DNA of 64,000 nt from Eledone cirrhosa (Eukaryota): NCBI GenBank assembly GCA_964016885.1, contig OZ024750.1, forward strand, positions 806,001 to 870,000, in the 5' to 3' direction. Shown in pieces: positions 39,326 to 53,390 of the stretch (position 1 is the stretch's first letter; each line of letters begins with the position of its first letter). Position numbers and translations under genes: made by a program. Under the pieces are notes generated by a model, which saw only the letters and a list, made by a program, of their open reading frames with translations, searched no databases and was not told the origin of the DNA.

Positions 39326-40998
39326 CCTTTGAAAACAACTTTTTGTTTGGTAATACTCTGCTAACAACTTGACAAATATAGTCAGAAATTCCCATAATTA
39401 TAGAAGTAGTGGAGGTTGTCAAGCGAGATTTGATAGGAAACTAAAGCACGTTTTAGTAAGGCTGTCAGCTCTGTAGCTTTTATAAAAGAACTTTTAGGAA
39501 AACTAAAACTAGGAGTTTATAAAGGACACAATACAGTAATAAAACATAAGGAAACACCCTGAGAGAGAGAAAGAGAGAGAGTTAAATGTTAATATTTTCT
39601 GAATCCCAAAGATCGATAGGGTCTTATCTCTTTTTTTTTTCTGTAACATTAGGAAGATGTAAGATAACACTTTCCATGCTATCATTTAGGTGGCAAATTG
39701 GCTGAGTTTGACCACCAGATAGAATGTTTGGCAGTATTCATTTTCTCTGCTTTCTATGTTCAAATCCCACTGAGGTCAACCTTGCCTTTCATTCATTCAA
39801 GGTCAATAATAAAAGTACAGTCTAGTACTGGGTTCGATTCTTCCTCTAGATCTCTTTATTATTTCTAGTCTCTCTCACTTTCTATCCTTCTCAAGAGGAA
39901 ATCTGCTGTACTCAGGCCTGGAGAGGGATGTGTTCTGCCAGACTTTAAGATGTCCAAGAGACACTATGTCAATACAGCACCACAACAACTCTCTCAGGAG
40001 TTACAGGTCTATTCAGAAACAAATAAGACATCATTTGGTCATGTTGAAGAAGATATATGTGAGATATAAGAAGAAAGAGAACAAGCTGTACAATACTGTA
40101 CATGTTATCACAAAACCATCAAGTGAATAGAGTCAGGGGTACCTTTAGAAGAAAGAAAATGGAATAATTTATCTGAAAATAGATTAAATGAGAGACATTC
40201 ATTCACCTATGACTAAATATTAATTAACCATGGAGAGAGAGAGTGAGAGAGAGGGAGAGAGGATGGTTTGGGTATGCACCATGTTGCAAACATCTGAGTA
40301 ACTTTTCATCAAAAATTCTATTAAGTAGACAATCAAACAACTTGTGTTTATCCAGAAGGTGGGTAAATTAATACAATATTAAAGTAATAATCACACCTGT
40401 AAATTAGTGCCAGATCTCCTAATTGAAGACAACTTGTGTAATGAGTGATTTGTAACAAAGCTAATGGTGTAGCTGTATCTAGTGAGAGATACAAGAAATG
40501 AGAGATACAAGAAATAGCAAGCTTTTTTTAACGAGACATATTTTATTAGTCATAAATAAAATCTTGAAAAATACTTTTAAATAATAATAATAATAAAAAA
40601 CAAGCAAAAAAAAAAGCATATTATCATCATCATTGTTTTATGTCCGTTCTTCCACGCTAGCATGGGTTAGACGGGTTATCCTGTTGTGAGCAGTGTCCAG
40701 TCGGCTGACCTTGTCTTGCTCATACAGGAACTAATTTTGGTTTGATTTCTACAGCTGGATGCCCTTCCTAACACCAACCTCATTTACAGTGTGGGCTGGG
40801 TGCTTTTTTGCCGTGGCACCTCCACGACCACTTTGCAGTGGAATGATAAGGACTCTAGTCCTATCATCTCATTTCTACAGCTGAGTAAACTGGAGCAATG
40901 TGAAATAAAGTGTCTTGCTCAAGGAAACAACACATCACCCGGTCTGAGAATTGAACTCACAACCTTTCGATTGCAAGCCCAATTCTCTAACCACTAAA

Positions 40999-41045
<47 letters not shown>

Positions 41046-41626
41046 GGAGTGTGTGAATTAAAATATGGTTGCGATTGAAATTTTTCCATTATGGGGTTTC
41101 ATATGCCCTAATATTAAACTATTTTCTTTAGTCAATATATGGTGAAGCTTCTAATTCTATTTCCTTTATATATAACCACATACTTACAATGTAAACTTCT
41201 TAACTACATAGCCATAGCTGCTCTTTATATATATATAAATGTGTGCGCGCGTGTGTGTGTGTATATATATATATACACACACAAAGTGTAGGTATGGTTA
41301 TGTAATTAAGAAGTTTGCTTTGCAAGTATATGCTTTTAGGTTTAGTCCATTGCATGGCACTTTAGGTATCTGCTACTATAATCTTGGCTTCACTAATACC
41401 TTATAAATGAAATTTGGTAGACAGAAAGTATGCAGAAGCCCATCAGATATATATATTAGTGTGGTGCATGTCTGTTTATGTTTAGATCGCTTAACAATTG
41501 GTGCTCTTAAAACATAAATACTGGCAGGATTGATACGATTGACTAAACTATTGAATGCAGTGCTCTAGCATGGCAACAGTTCAATAAAGAGGAGGATAAC
41601 AACAAAATTAAAATAAATAAACTTAC

Positions 41627-41670
41627 AGTAATAGATTGCCACTGTAATGCATACCAATTACTTCTACCAT
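41627..41670 (-). CDS. Candidate alternative first coding exon of the TBC1D12/14 gene (MVEVIGMHYSGNLL)
   Basis: gctATGG strong start context, 14 codons plus CT, then a consensus |gtaagt donor in phase 2. Joins in frame to the 19785 or 30163 exon. Confidence 0.5.
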
Positions 41671-43381
41671 AGCTGCTTTTTGAGAGTAATAACATTGAAG
41701 CAAAACAAAATAGGCTCGTCAGTCTGAAATCGTTTGTTAAATGCTTGGGTCAATGACAATAATTACTTATATATTTAGACGGAAGAGGAAACAGATGCTT
41801 TTACTGATGGGAAATAAAAGCTACTCTTTCTTGTCATGAGAAATTTTAGATGGCATTGACTTGAATGAGCAAACAAGGTGAAAATCAGTGTAAAACAAAC
41901 CAGGTTAATTTCTCAACAGTAACAATGTTTCATTGATTTAGAATGGTGATTTGTATCAACAATAACATTTTATATTTTAGTGGAACACTGGATAAGGTTA
42001 TATTCCTGAAAACAATTGACACACACACAGTGGAGTATGTATATACACAGAGTGGAGCATGCACACACACAGAGTGGAGTAACCCTTTTGATACGAAACC
42101 ACTTGAAGCCACCGTGGGTTTATGATACAAAACTGCTCATTTTTAAATATTTATCCTCATATTAAACCTTTCACGATAATTTTATTTTAGAAATTTTTCT
42201 TAAGCAACATTCTAGATATTAGGTTTCTAGTGAAAAATTTCATTATTTTATTAAATTCTTCTAAATATTTGTTTTTTTTTACAAAATTATTTGAAACCCA
42301 TAGGCAGTGTATTTCATAAAGAAATCCAGCAATGAAAAGGTTAATTGCAGAGAAAATAATTAAAAAAAAAACCTTCATAAAAAAGGTTTCACAAAGGATC
42401 CATTTTAAGTTAGAGTTAAAATTTGCTGCACTAAAATAAGCAAATAAAGATGTTGGTTTTATTATTTGATCTAAACTGAGAATATATTCTTAGGTTAGAT
42501 AAAATAATATTTTGTTCAATCTTTATAGTTAAATAGCAGCTTTAATAATATAGATTTATGGAAGGTAAAGAAATATGATAAAAGAAAACTAGCAACTAAC
42601 ATAGAAGAGAAAGTCATATTTAAGTAACACATAATAATAGTCTTTAGAACCAATTTAGACAATTCACTAAATTCTTACTTTAATCAGCCAAAGACTATTG
42701 CTAATGTTTGTTTAAAACTATTGTAACAGGTGCTGTAACAACTGCACTTAATTCTTTATTGAATTACACTTCAAGAAATAAACTCTTTCTTTTTTAATGA
42801 AACCTGCATGTATGTTTGCATGGGCGTACAACAACGAGAGCATAAACATTTTAAGGCCATTTTCCATGCTTAAATGAAGGTTTAGCCTTGCAGGACTCAT
42901 CACAGGACCCTTTTTAAAGCAGTGTTTTACAACCAGATGCCCTTCTTAGTGCCAACCCATTTAGTCACCTCCTACAATATGCAGGGATACAGAGTACCTA
43001 TTCTAAACAAGATATACACAATAATCTAAACTAACATGTACATACATGTATATATACACACACACACACATATACCCTCAGTTAGTTATGCTCTATTTCT
43101 GAGGTTGATTGTATCTTATAAATCTTTATTGATTGTGTCTGACAGTTTTCGTATGAAACAACATACAGTTATATAATTTCTTACCTAAGATGTCTTTTGT
43201 GTGTAAAAAAAACAAACATAAATTGATTGTCTCCATTATAACAATACATTCACTGTTGTTGGAGGTATGATGTAACATTTGCTTCCTGTCATATACGTAA
43301 TATTCTAAAACAGACTAATACACAATCATACTCTCACAGACTTCACACTAAAAAATGAAACTAAAGACTTTTGGAGCTCAA

Positions 43382-43618
43382 TGTACAATAGAGTAGCAGA
43401 GTAAAACTAGTAGATTGTACAATAGAGTAGTAGAGTAAAACTAGTAGATTGTACAATAGAGTAGTAGAATAAAACTAGTAGATTGTACAATAGAGTAGTA
43501 GAGTAAAACTAGTAGATTGTACAATATAGTAGAATAAAACTAGTAGATTGTACAATAGAGTAGTAGAGTAAAACTAGTAGATTGTACAATAGAGTAGTAG
43601 AGTAAAACTAATAGATTG
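43382..43618. repeat. 34-bp minisatellite, ~7 copies
   Basis: Unit tgtacaatagagtagtagagtaaaactagtagat. Confidence 0.95.
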
Positions 43619-44399
43619 AAGCGAGATATATCCTTTCAATTTCTATTTAGAAAAACAAACAAAAATAAATAGATATATGGCTATTTGTTTTGCCCCTGCG
43701 GAAGCTCAAACCAATTTCAGTTGGTGAAGTAAAAAACTTATAGACACTGATGTTTTTGATAAACACATCTAAGCTGTTTCACCTTGTTTTAATTATGAAG
43801 ACTCAGATTGACATCAGGTGGGGAACCCTCTTTTTCTTACCCTAAGCGTGAGAAAATATCTTTTCTAAAATTATGCTGTGATAAACACATATGGCCCACA
43901 CTATTACAGTGGTTAAATATATGAAGAAAATACAGTTGTTAAAACCTAGACTAACTGTAGTTACACATTTGTCAAGAGAGCTAGCACAGCATATGCAGGT
44001 CATGGTGTAGCATTAAAAGCCATAGAAAATACTAACAACAGTTATTAGTATCATCATTTAATGTCTATTTTTCTGTCATCATTAGACAGGTTGTTATTGA
44101 CAGTACTTAACCAGAGATATTGTCCCCCGAGATAGGGGCCATGGCTCATATACATTCCAGTTATGCCATGGTTTCCACAGCTGGATGCCCTTCCTAATGC
44201 CAACCACCTTACAGTGTGTACTGGTGCAATATATCATGGCACCATTACTAAGGAGTTTGAGTCTTTGACATGATTTCAATGGTTGAATGCCCCTTCTAAC
44301 AGTAACCACTTTACAGAGTGTACTAGGTGCATTTTATCATGACAACAGCACTAGAGATGTTGTCAGGTCATTGACTTAAGAAGAGCCGTCCCTACCTGA

Positions 44400-44430
<31 letters not shown>

Positions 44431-44662
44431 AATGGTGACGACAATCTAGAAATTCATTGATGGGTAGTAGAGCAACTTCTTTAATTGATAATTTGCTAAT
44501 TAAAGCAAGTGAAAGTGACACTCAAAAGATCTAAAAACCTTGCATCAATTAAGTATCCAGTATTTAAGAGGCTTATTTAATAACCAATGAAAATATAGGT
44601 TCTGAAAACAAACACAAACACTACAAAAAAACAGTTGTAAAATAAACACAGTAGAGGCTTGA

Positions 44663-44845
44663 TAGAAGACTGAGCTGGTATGGACATGTACATATGGATG
44701 ATGATTGTTGGGTGAACAAGTAGAAGACTGGGCTGGTATGGACATGTTGTACATATGGATGATGATTGTTCGGTGAACAAGTGGAAGACTGGGCTGGTAT
44801 GGACATTTTGTTCACCCAACAATCATCATCCATATGTACAAGTGG
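44663..44845. repeat. Three ~58-61-bp tandem copies of an RTE fragment, the third with an internal inversion
   Basis: gaagactg.gctggtatggacat occurs three times. 44808-44841 is the reverse complement of the unit core. Confidence 0.9.
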
Positions 44846-45614
44846 CAAGAAATTCCAGTGGAAAACCTGGACAGAGGTTGTGACAGCTGATCTCAACGTC
44901 TTTCATTATAAATAGGATTAAGGACAGTGTTAAGTTAGGGTTTCCAAACCTTTTTTTTGTCTATTTACCCTGTGAAAATTTATTGGAAGTAAAATTACCC
45001 CCCACCCTGTTTTCTTCAGGAATTTGAGATCATATTCTGTCCACCAGGGTCACGGGGTAGCCAGCAAGTGGACTCACATTTGCTCATAATAGTGAGAGAG
45101 AGAGGCAGTGAATGAAAGAGATAACAGAAATGGTGTGGGTATAAAAGCCTAAAAGTAGTTAGTATAATCACTACCATTTGTTGCAGTCAGCTTTACCTTT
45201 CATATCGTTGTGGGTTGATAAAGGAAGTACCAGTCATATGCTTGGAACCTTGTAATTTCAACAAGGTTTCATGTTTAATAAAGTGACTAGTTATGGCACG
45301 GAGAATAATTGCTTCAGTCATCTGACCCATCCTTTAAAATTTATGGGTTTATGCCAAAGTTTGAAGTCTTTCTTATAAATATTAATTCAAAAGAAATTAT
45401 ATTATGCAGAAGAAACCATTAAAGAAATCGATATTAATCTTAGGAATTCAAGGAATTATAATATTTGTTTTGTAGCTATCCCAAACTGTACATAAAGTTG
45501 GGAATATATGAGAATATAATTTTACACTGTAGTCATGAACATTTTTAATGGAATTTTCCAAAGAAAGGTGATTATTAAACATTAAAGTCTTTCAGGAGTC
45601 TAAGAGGCTCACCA

Positions 45615-45792
45615 GTCTAAAGTCTGTCTGGAGCCCGGCGGCTCAACAGGCCGGTACTTATTCCAGTTTCCATGGCATGAAGTGACAGAGTACAAGACTT
45701 CCCCCTAGACAGGATGCCAGTCCATTGCAGGGTTAAACCCCCAGCTATTACTGGTACTCACTTTCAGCTGAGTGTACTGGATCAACGTGAAA
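45615..45792 (-). mobile_element. Family-C SINE 3' half
   Basis: tctaaagtctgtc...ccagtccattgcagggttaaacccccagct. Confidence 0.7.
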
Positions 45793-47799
45793 CTTGTTAG
45801 TGAAAGAGATCGCTAATAAGAGGTTTACTGCTCAATCAAATAAGTAATGGTATCGAGGATATAGGCATTATGTCAAGTTTGGTACAGTTTAAGCTGTACT
45901 TAGTGACTGCTGCATAAGAATGAAGATCAGAAGATGTTCTTTAGTGTCTAAAAATAGCACGTGTTTATGTTTCGTTCTATATTATTACATAAGGCTATCT
46001 ATCATTTCAGTTTTCTTCTTCATTTTATAACTTCTCAAATTAAAAAAGTATTGCTCACATATCTAGGCTAGTGGACGTAAAGAAAAACATAAATAGGTCC
46101 ATTTTATTGACAGCAAAGATTAACTCACATATTAAAATTACTAGCCCACAAACCTACAATTTCCTTTATCTCTTGAACATACACATACACTAATGGGAAT
46201 GTGTGTGTATATATATATGGCATAGTTAGTTCCTACAGCTGGAGCCCCTTTCTAACACCAATCACTTTACATATTGTAATAGGTGCAGCATTTTATCGTG
46301 GCACCAGCATAAGTGACATCATATTCATGGCAAGACTAAAGAGTTCTCCCTACTTTATGTTGTCTTCATTCATTCTTCAACTATTTTACAGAGTGTACCT
46401 GGTGTATTTTATCATAGTACCAGCACTATAGAAGTTGTCTTTGTTGCTTGCAAGACTGAATAAACAAACCCCTTTATATTGTTTGCAGACTTTCAAGGCA
46501 AATCTAACCAAGAGGGCAAATACAAGTATGAGAGATGAGAGACTGAACAATAGGTTGGTAGGCAAGTAATGGAAGAGAGACAGTGATAGGCAACCATATG
46601 TGAAAGAAATGGTAATAGAAGTGATAGGATATAGTATATTCAAGCATGTTTGCCATCAAATGAGAGTACACAATACATGTAGATTATGTGGTTTATTTTA
46701 AAACAAACTCCTTTCTTGCTGTAGTGATTGTAATGCAAGAACTATTATTCACTTCCACTGATATGAGCTTCATCTTTTGTTTATACCTCTTCATTCTATT
46801 GTTGGTCTCTGGTATTCTTTTTTGTCATGCTGTTTTTATTAGTGGTTTGTCTGTGGGTGGAGGTCTAATGTTTCATTTTTCTAGTGTTAAGTGCATCTTT
46901 TTAAACGTTTTTTTCCCCATTTAATTGGTTGCTGATATCTATTTTTCCTTCTATAAAGAATAACAATCTTTAATTTTAAAAGTCACCTTCTTACATTCAT
47001 AGCTTGAATCCAATTTGTCTGCGATTCACAGATATCTGTCAGTGCACACATAAATTTCCCTTTATCATTTGAAGGTTTATTTTCAAGTGTGACTGACTAT
47101 ACATTTCACTACCTTACCCAGCTAATGAATCTCACAGCTGAATTTTGTTGCCATTAAAAAGCAGAATTTATCTTTCTTTCTAACTATTGTCATCTCTTAT
47201 CAGTAGTAACAATGTTCTCTCCATCTTCACTGATGTATTCATTAAATAACAGAGCATTTCAACTCAAAGTGATTCACTACAGCTGAGTCTCAACGTATAA
47301 GTGGAATGCACTGCCTTCTATCCAGATATTTACACATCACCATTGTCTATTGAGTCCTTTCATAGACACCAGTGGTTCTTATATTTGAAATAGTTACCCC
47401 ATCCCCTTGTGAGGTGCATGTGTTTCACATTCAGGTTCACAGTTATACATGGTTACTATTAGGTTTAACTCAACGTCCTGTACCACATAACACCCAAAAT
47501 TGGACCATGGAAACAATGTTTCCATTGGTCATTGCTGATACTATCTTCTGGTCGCAACTCTTGGTAGAAAGAGGAACATAAAATAAAGTGCCTTGCTCAA
47601 GGACATAACACATCACCTGGTCCAGAAATCGACTAACCACTAAGCCACTCACCTTCACAATAAAAAGTGTCAAGTATCTAGGATGGTAAAGATATCAGAA
47701 ATAGTAACATGTCAAGCTTAACTATCTTACTGTCCCTCAACCGTCTCTTTACATATTTGCCTTTCATGTTCTATATTTTGCTTTTAAATATTGATAACT

Positions 47800-48110
47800 A
47801 TGCATGTATGGTCCCATAGCTCCCGAGGGGGTCATAAGGGCTTTTCTGGTGCATCTTTAAATCCGACGGCGCCCATCTCCCCAGGCCTAAATATAGTAGG
47901 TTTGTTCCAGAGGAGGATAGAGAGTGAAAGAATGGAAGTGAGAAAGAGATATAGAGGAAGAATCGACTCCAGTGCTAGATAGTGACCTCGAATGGATGAA
48001 AGGCAAAGATGACCTCGGCAGGATTTGAACTCAGAGAAGACAGAGCCGAAACGATTACAGCAAAACATTCTCTCCGACGTTCTAATGACTGCTAATTCAC
48101 CACCCTGTTG
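47800..48110 (-). mobile_element. Family-A SINE variant with an extended 3' part (related copy ~39690-39930, plus)
   Basis: gatgaaaggcaaagatgacctcggcaggatttgaactcag plus a shared purine-rich 3' extension. Confidence 0.65.
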
Positions 48111-49439
48111 GTAACTATAAATGGTAGTAATATTCGGGGTTCAATTTAAATAATTACACTTCTTCACAAGAAACCAATAAGATATTTTAACTACTCGTAT
48201 TGATGTTAATTATAATTATCTCTATATGAAATTTCACTTTACCCAAATTGTTCATTAAAAACGATAGGGTATAAAGTTGTTGGCCTTGTGCCTCAATTGG
48301 AAACTACTATTAACTGATCAATACATTGATGCAGAATAGTTAAATATTTTGGAAAACCGATGACTACCCAGTTAAAATTATGACATTTAAAAATGCCACT
48401 CAATTTAAAAGACAAAGATTTCCGATGAAAATTAAAGATTTCACATTCAGAATGTTAATTTAGGAATATCGCTTAAATACGCTTCTAACAGAAAATTAAA
48501 TAAAAAGGCTTCCACGTTGTATCGAACTATCTTTAATTTGCTATGGTTAAATACCAATTAAAAATTCATCCTAAATCTAAATATTAAAAACAAAAGTGTA
48601 ATAACCATTACATTAACCTCTTTGTATTTACTATCAACATGGAGATTAACATTTTTTATCGAGTTCTTATTCTCCAATTTACCTTTAAATATTCTCAGAC
48701 ATATTGTGTCTAAAATCGACATATCTGACCAACAGGTGGGAAGGAGAAGAATAATATAACATGATATATATATCGATATGTAATGTAACATGTTGACATA
48801 TAGAGTCGATATTGGAGATATTCTATAATTCATATATACTTTAGGAGAATATAGTCGCTGTGCAAACGTTTTCAGGTGCCCTGCCTACAGAAGATGGGTT
48901 TCTGAAGTTTATTGAGCGATGAATACGAAACATTTATCAGCAACTGGCGAGAAAATAAGTATATTGGGGCTAATTTATGTGAAATGATGTGTTCAATATT
49001 TAGGCAAAAGCATCTGGGACTATGCTGGTTTAGCCACGTAAAACTGGGTGAAAATGGCATCGTGTTTTGACAGTAGAAGGATCTGTATAAAAACTAAACT
49101 AGAGGTGACTTGTCAAAGAAGTATTAAGATTAAATCTAGATCTAGAAGTATTGGGTATTACAAACGAGATTAATGAACATCAAGATGACTAGAGAGAAGA
49201 GTATTAGATCTATTAAACTCATAACATGGAAAATGGGCGTCAAAACGAGAATATAGGTGCCTTTATTTATGGAAATAACTACAACAGTAGCTGTCATATT
49301 CCGTGGAGTCTAAAAATGACAGCCTTCCTTATAAATACACTTCAAAGCTTCTCTATTTTTAAACACCCACAAATTAGTACTTTCAAATGGTCTTAATACA
49401 TATTTGTATTATCTATTCAATAATATTATAGCTAGATAC

Positions 49440-49590
49440 GGTAGATATGCTTTGCAGCATATAGTTACGCCCCTTTACGTTCTGAGTTCAAATCCCGCCG
49501 AGGTTAACTTTGCCTTTCATCCTTACTTGGTCGATAAAATAAAGTACTGAGTATTTGTTGGCCTTGTGCCAAAAGTAGAAACAATTATTA
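49440..49590 (+). mobile_element. Family-A SINE (CpG-intact copy)
   Basis: gttacgcccctttacgttctgagttcaaatcccgccgagg...ttggccttgtgccaaaagtagaaacaattatt. Confidence 0.8.
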
Positions 49591-50012
49591 TCATAGAACG
49601 TCTGTCAAAATATATTACTGTAGTTATGTTCAGAATTTACATCGACGTCCAGTTGGTATTTCATCGTTCGATATATAGAGGTACCAGTGAAGTACTGGAG
49701 TCGATTGTTTATCGACTTTACACCCCATCCGTCATCAAATTTCTGGCTTTGTGCCTATATGTAAGAAATTATTAAACTCCACCTGAACAGTTCATTGGTA
49801 ACATCGTGTAGCGGAAGAAAGAGTCTTATTTCACAGATGAAGATAGTCAAGATTGGAACTGTTCACCCTAAACTGGAATATTACCCACACTATTATATGT
49901 TTAAATACACAAATACTGATAAGTTAATGTCAATGGTTATATATTTACATTTACAATGACATCTCGCAACGCCTTCATAGCTCCATAAAAAATGATATAA
50001 GCACACACACAT

Positions 50013-50057
<45 letters not shown>

Positions 50058-50061
<4 letters not shown>

Positions 50062-50350
50062 TAGAAATGGCTTCTGCAGGACTCGAACAGTTTCACTCGT
50101 AAGAAATCATCAGTTTACTGATGATTTCATACGAGTGAAACAGTTCTAGTTCTGTAGAAGTCATTTCTATAATAAAATGGATATACCTGTACTCTACTAA
50201 GGTAGAGTACGTTTCTAGACAGTGGTCGCCCACCGATTAACACGGGTATCCTACGTACGAGGTCTCTAAACGTTAGTCCAACACAAGCCTGAAATAACAG
50301 GGTTTATGGCCAACAATGTTCACAAACTAATCTAAATAACCAGTGTATAT
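50058..50350 (+). mobile_element. Penelope-like terminal remnant with 5' inverted duplication, next to (TA)n
   Basis: About 116-bp imperfect palindrome (50058-50173) with CTGATGA...GAAAC on both strands, followed by a unique CpG-rich tail. Confidence 0.5.
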
Positions 50351-50777
50351 AATATAATTTTCTTATTTGTTATATAATAAAATGTTAGTGTTCATATAAG
50401 AAAACAACAATTAAGGAAAGTTGACAATTATTAGTTTTCAAGGGAGTGTGTGTGTGTGTAGTGAAAGGTTAGTGCCCGACAGCTGAGCTCATGCCGTCTG
50501 GCATTAACTTTTCACTATACATACACTTTAACCCAAATACCGAGTACTTAGCTGGACATGGTCTTATTCTAAAGTGGTGTCTATCTTATATACATACACA
50601 CACTTTATTCTTGAATAAAGTCACATTTAAATCTTGTTACTCACAACTTTCTCCTCTGTACTCACGGGGTCATCACAAGACTTTTCCAGAGAAATATGAC
50701 TCAAACTTGGCCATAATAAAATAATATATTTCTCTACGATAGTATTGAGTACTCGTTAAGCGTTAACACACACACAC

Positions 50778-50810
<33 letters not shown>

Positions 50811-50829
50811 ATACCCCCTGTGTCTCTCG

Positions 50830-50866
<37 letters not shown>

Positions 50867-51042
50867 ATACCCCCTGTGTCTCTCGTATATATATATATAT
50901 ATATATAATCAAGGTTTAGCAAATAAGAAAAAGTTTCAAAATAAATTTTAAAAAATTCACTGTACTCACTATGGTTACCTTTACCGAATCGGTTTCGAGT
51001 CTCAAAAATAAATGGACAGTCCTTATATATATATATATATAC

Positions 51043-51093
<51 letters not shown>

Positions 51094-51899
51094 GAGAGAC
51101 AGAAGGGGTAGTACTCAGTTTTGTTTAGATACAATTAATAGTACTTTTTGTTGATAATTTCTTTCCACGCTGAGCTGCAATTTATAAGAATGTGACAGAG
51201 TAGAATGTAACATTTACCTAATACGAAGCACTAAAACCATTTTAAGGAATAGAATATCGCCGTAAAAGAACTCATGGCACCCACTTGATGGTACGGAAAA
51301 TAAAATAAAAACTGTTTTAGCAACAGGGAATGCTAATCAATATGTAAATGTTTTTTTAGTGATAAACCTACCTTTTCAAAATGATGACACTTTCTCCAGA
51401 TAGAATACTCAGCTAAATTATTTCTGTAATTTCAACCTCAATGTATTGTTTACAGATATTGATAATACTACATATCCAAAGACAATTAGCAGGAAAAAAC
51501 TCTTATCAACATTTATATGATAGACAAGAATTCACTGACACACGAAATTGTGTTTAGCTAAGCAAGCAGAGTAAATAGAATCGCCCCCTCGCAGTCAACT
51601 AATCACAAGATCACATTGAAAGCATGCTTCAAACTAGATAAAGCACGAAAATAAAACAATTATTACACATGTGGCGAAAAGAAAGAATGTGGGTACACTT
51701 AGATGTGATAACTACTACCACCACCCAGCTCACTTCCTATACTTCAGATAAACACTAGCAGATCCTCTGCCAGAATAAAGATCACAACACCAGTATTTGA
51801 ACTCCCGTCTGTAAATGCTGACACATTTACTGCTATTATTGGCATAAGAGAAGTTATGGCGACTTTAGCAGACGGCCAACATGTTTTAAACGACACATA

Positions 51900-52260
51900 G
51901 GATCTAACTCTTCAAATAAATAAAACAAATGCTTTGTATCAACAAGAAGGAACCGGGTCCAGTAATTCGGTCGGACAGATGATGGAATATGTAGAACCGT
52001 TTTAATATCTGGGTAGTCACCCCTCACAGAACTATGCGGATAATGATGAGGGAGTCCGTACCGATATCTGATAAAATATGTCACCCAGTAACAGAACAGA
52101 CACAATGTGTGTATGTTGAGGGAATGGTAATCTTTAATGGAACCCTTCCAATACTTCGACAACCCAACCTGAACACATCAACGATAGATGTGAGCGTAGA
52201 AAGAAAGCAGTGTCAAGCGACAAAACACTGCTTCTCCCAAACACAACAGATGTCCAGTTT
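51900..52260 (+). mobile_element. Highly decayed LINE (RTE-like) RT C-terminal fragment
   Basis: EYVEPF*YLGS motif (V..F.YLG), with a second partial copy downstream. Confidence 0.4.
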
Positions 52261-53390
52261 ATGACAGGACTTATGGACTCCATATTGGTCAACATAATCA
52301 CATGTGGGTCCACAGAAATTAAAACCGGGTGAATAATTAATCAATCAACTATCCTTGGTTTTTGTGGGGTATTGACGACGCCTACTACTATAATACGGAG
52401 TTGATATACGGATAGTTGAGTGTGAGAGGTAAGGGGTATGTTGCGAAACAGTATAACAGCAGTAACTGGAAGCAATGGAAGGAGAAGGAATGTATGTGTG
52501 AGAAACATATCGACCTGGTTATATACCAAAATAATACTAGAGAAAACTAGTCAACGTTTTAGTGTAATATTTAATACATTTGAACTATAATGATAGTCAT
52601 GTTAAATGGGTAGGAAATACGAGGAGGCAGGAAGTATTGAAGTAGTACTGTGAAAGATTCACAGGAATATAACAGCAGAAGGGAACCTTAACTGTTGGTA
52701 AAAAGAAACGTTGTTATGCACCCTTACATACCATTAACATATAGTCATGTCCTGATAACAAAATATAGGGAAGAGGGAGCAGCCTTTGTTTAATTAACCA
52801 TCTCCACATAAAAATGTCATTAACTGTTTATATTTGAACTCAACCGTCGCTAGTTATTTATCTCAAATAGTAACACACCATTTATTGTTTTATATAAGAT
52901 AGAAATAAGAACGACAATAATAATGATAATAATAATAATACAGTTTTTCTTAATATAAGTCTAGAAATGAGAAAATATGAAAACAAAGTGGAGGTGTTTA
53001 GCCATAAATGTCCAATATTTCATGTTACAGGAGTGAAGAAAAAGTAACAGGTTTTATACACATGACAAATATTTTTAACCAAAAGCATGTTTTACTTTCG
53101 ATAAACACACCTTAAAATGGAGAGAGAATGAAATACGTATTTACAAAATAGCAAGTTTTATAATAGACATTGGTGAAAGGGAATATATTGAAAACCATGC
53201 AAAGAAAATAGCAACCCTTTCAGTTTAGTTAGAAATCCCTGTAATTTCTGTAGGAAACGGCTACCATCGGCAGATAGGGATAACATAGTGTATATTTAAT
53301 GCAGGTACTCAGATATATAAGTTTTATAGAACAATAAACACATGTTATCAGAAATATTTTAATTTATATATGTAGATAGATATATTATAC

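Noticed and set aside
53348-53390. ORF tail YNISIYIYKLKYF*
   Set aside because: Intronic read-through past the phase-2 donor at 53390.
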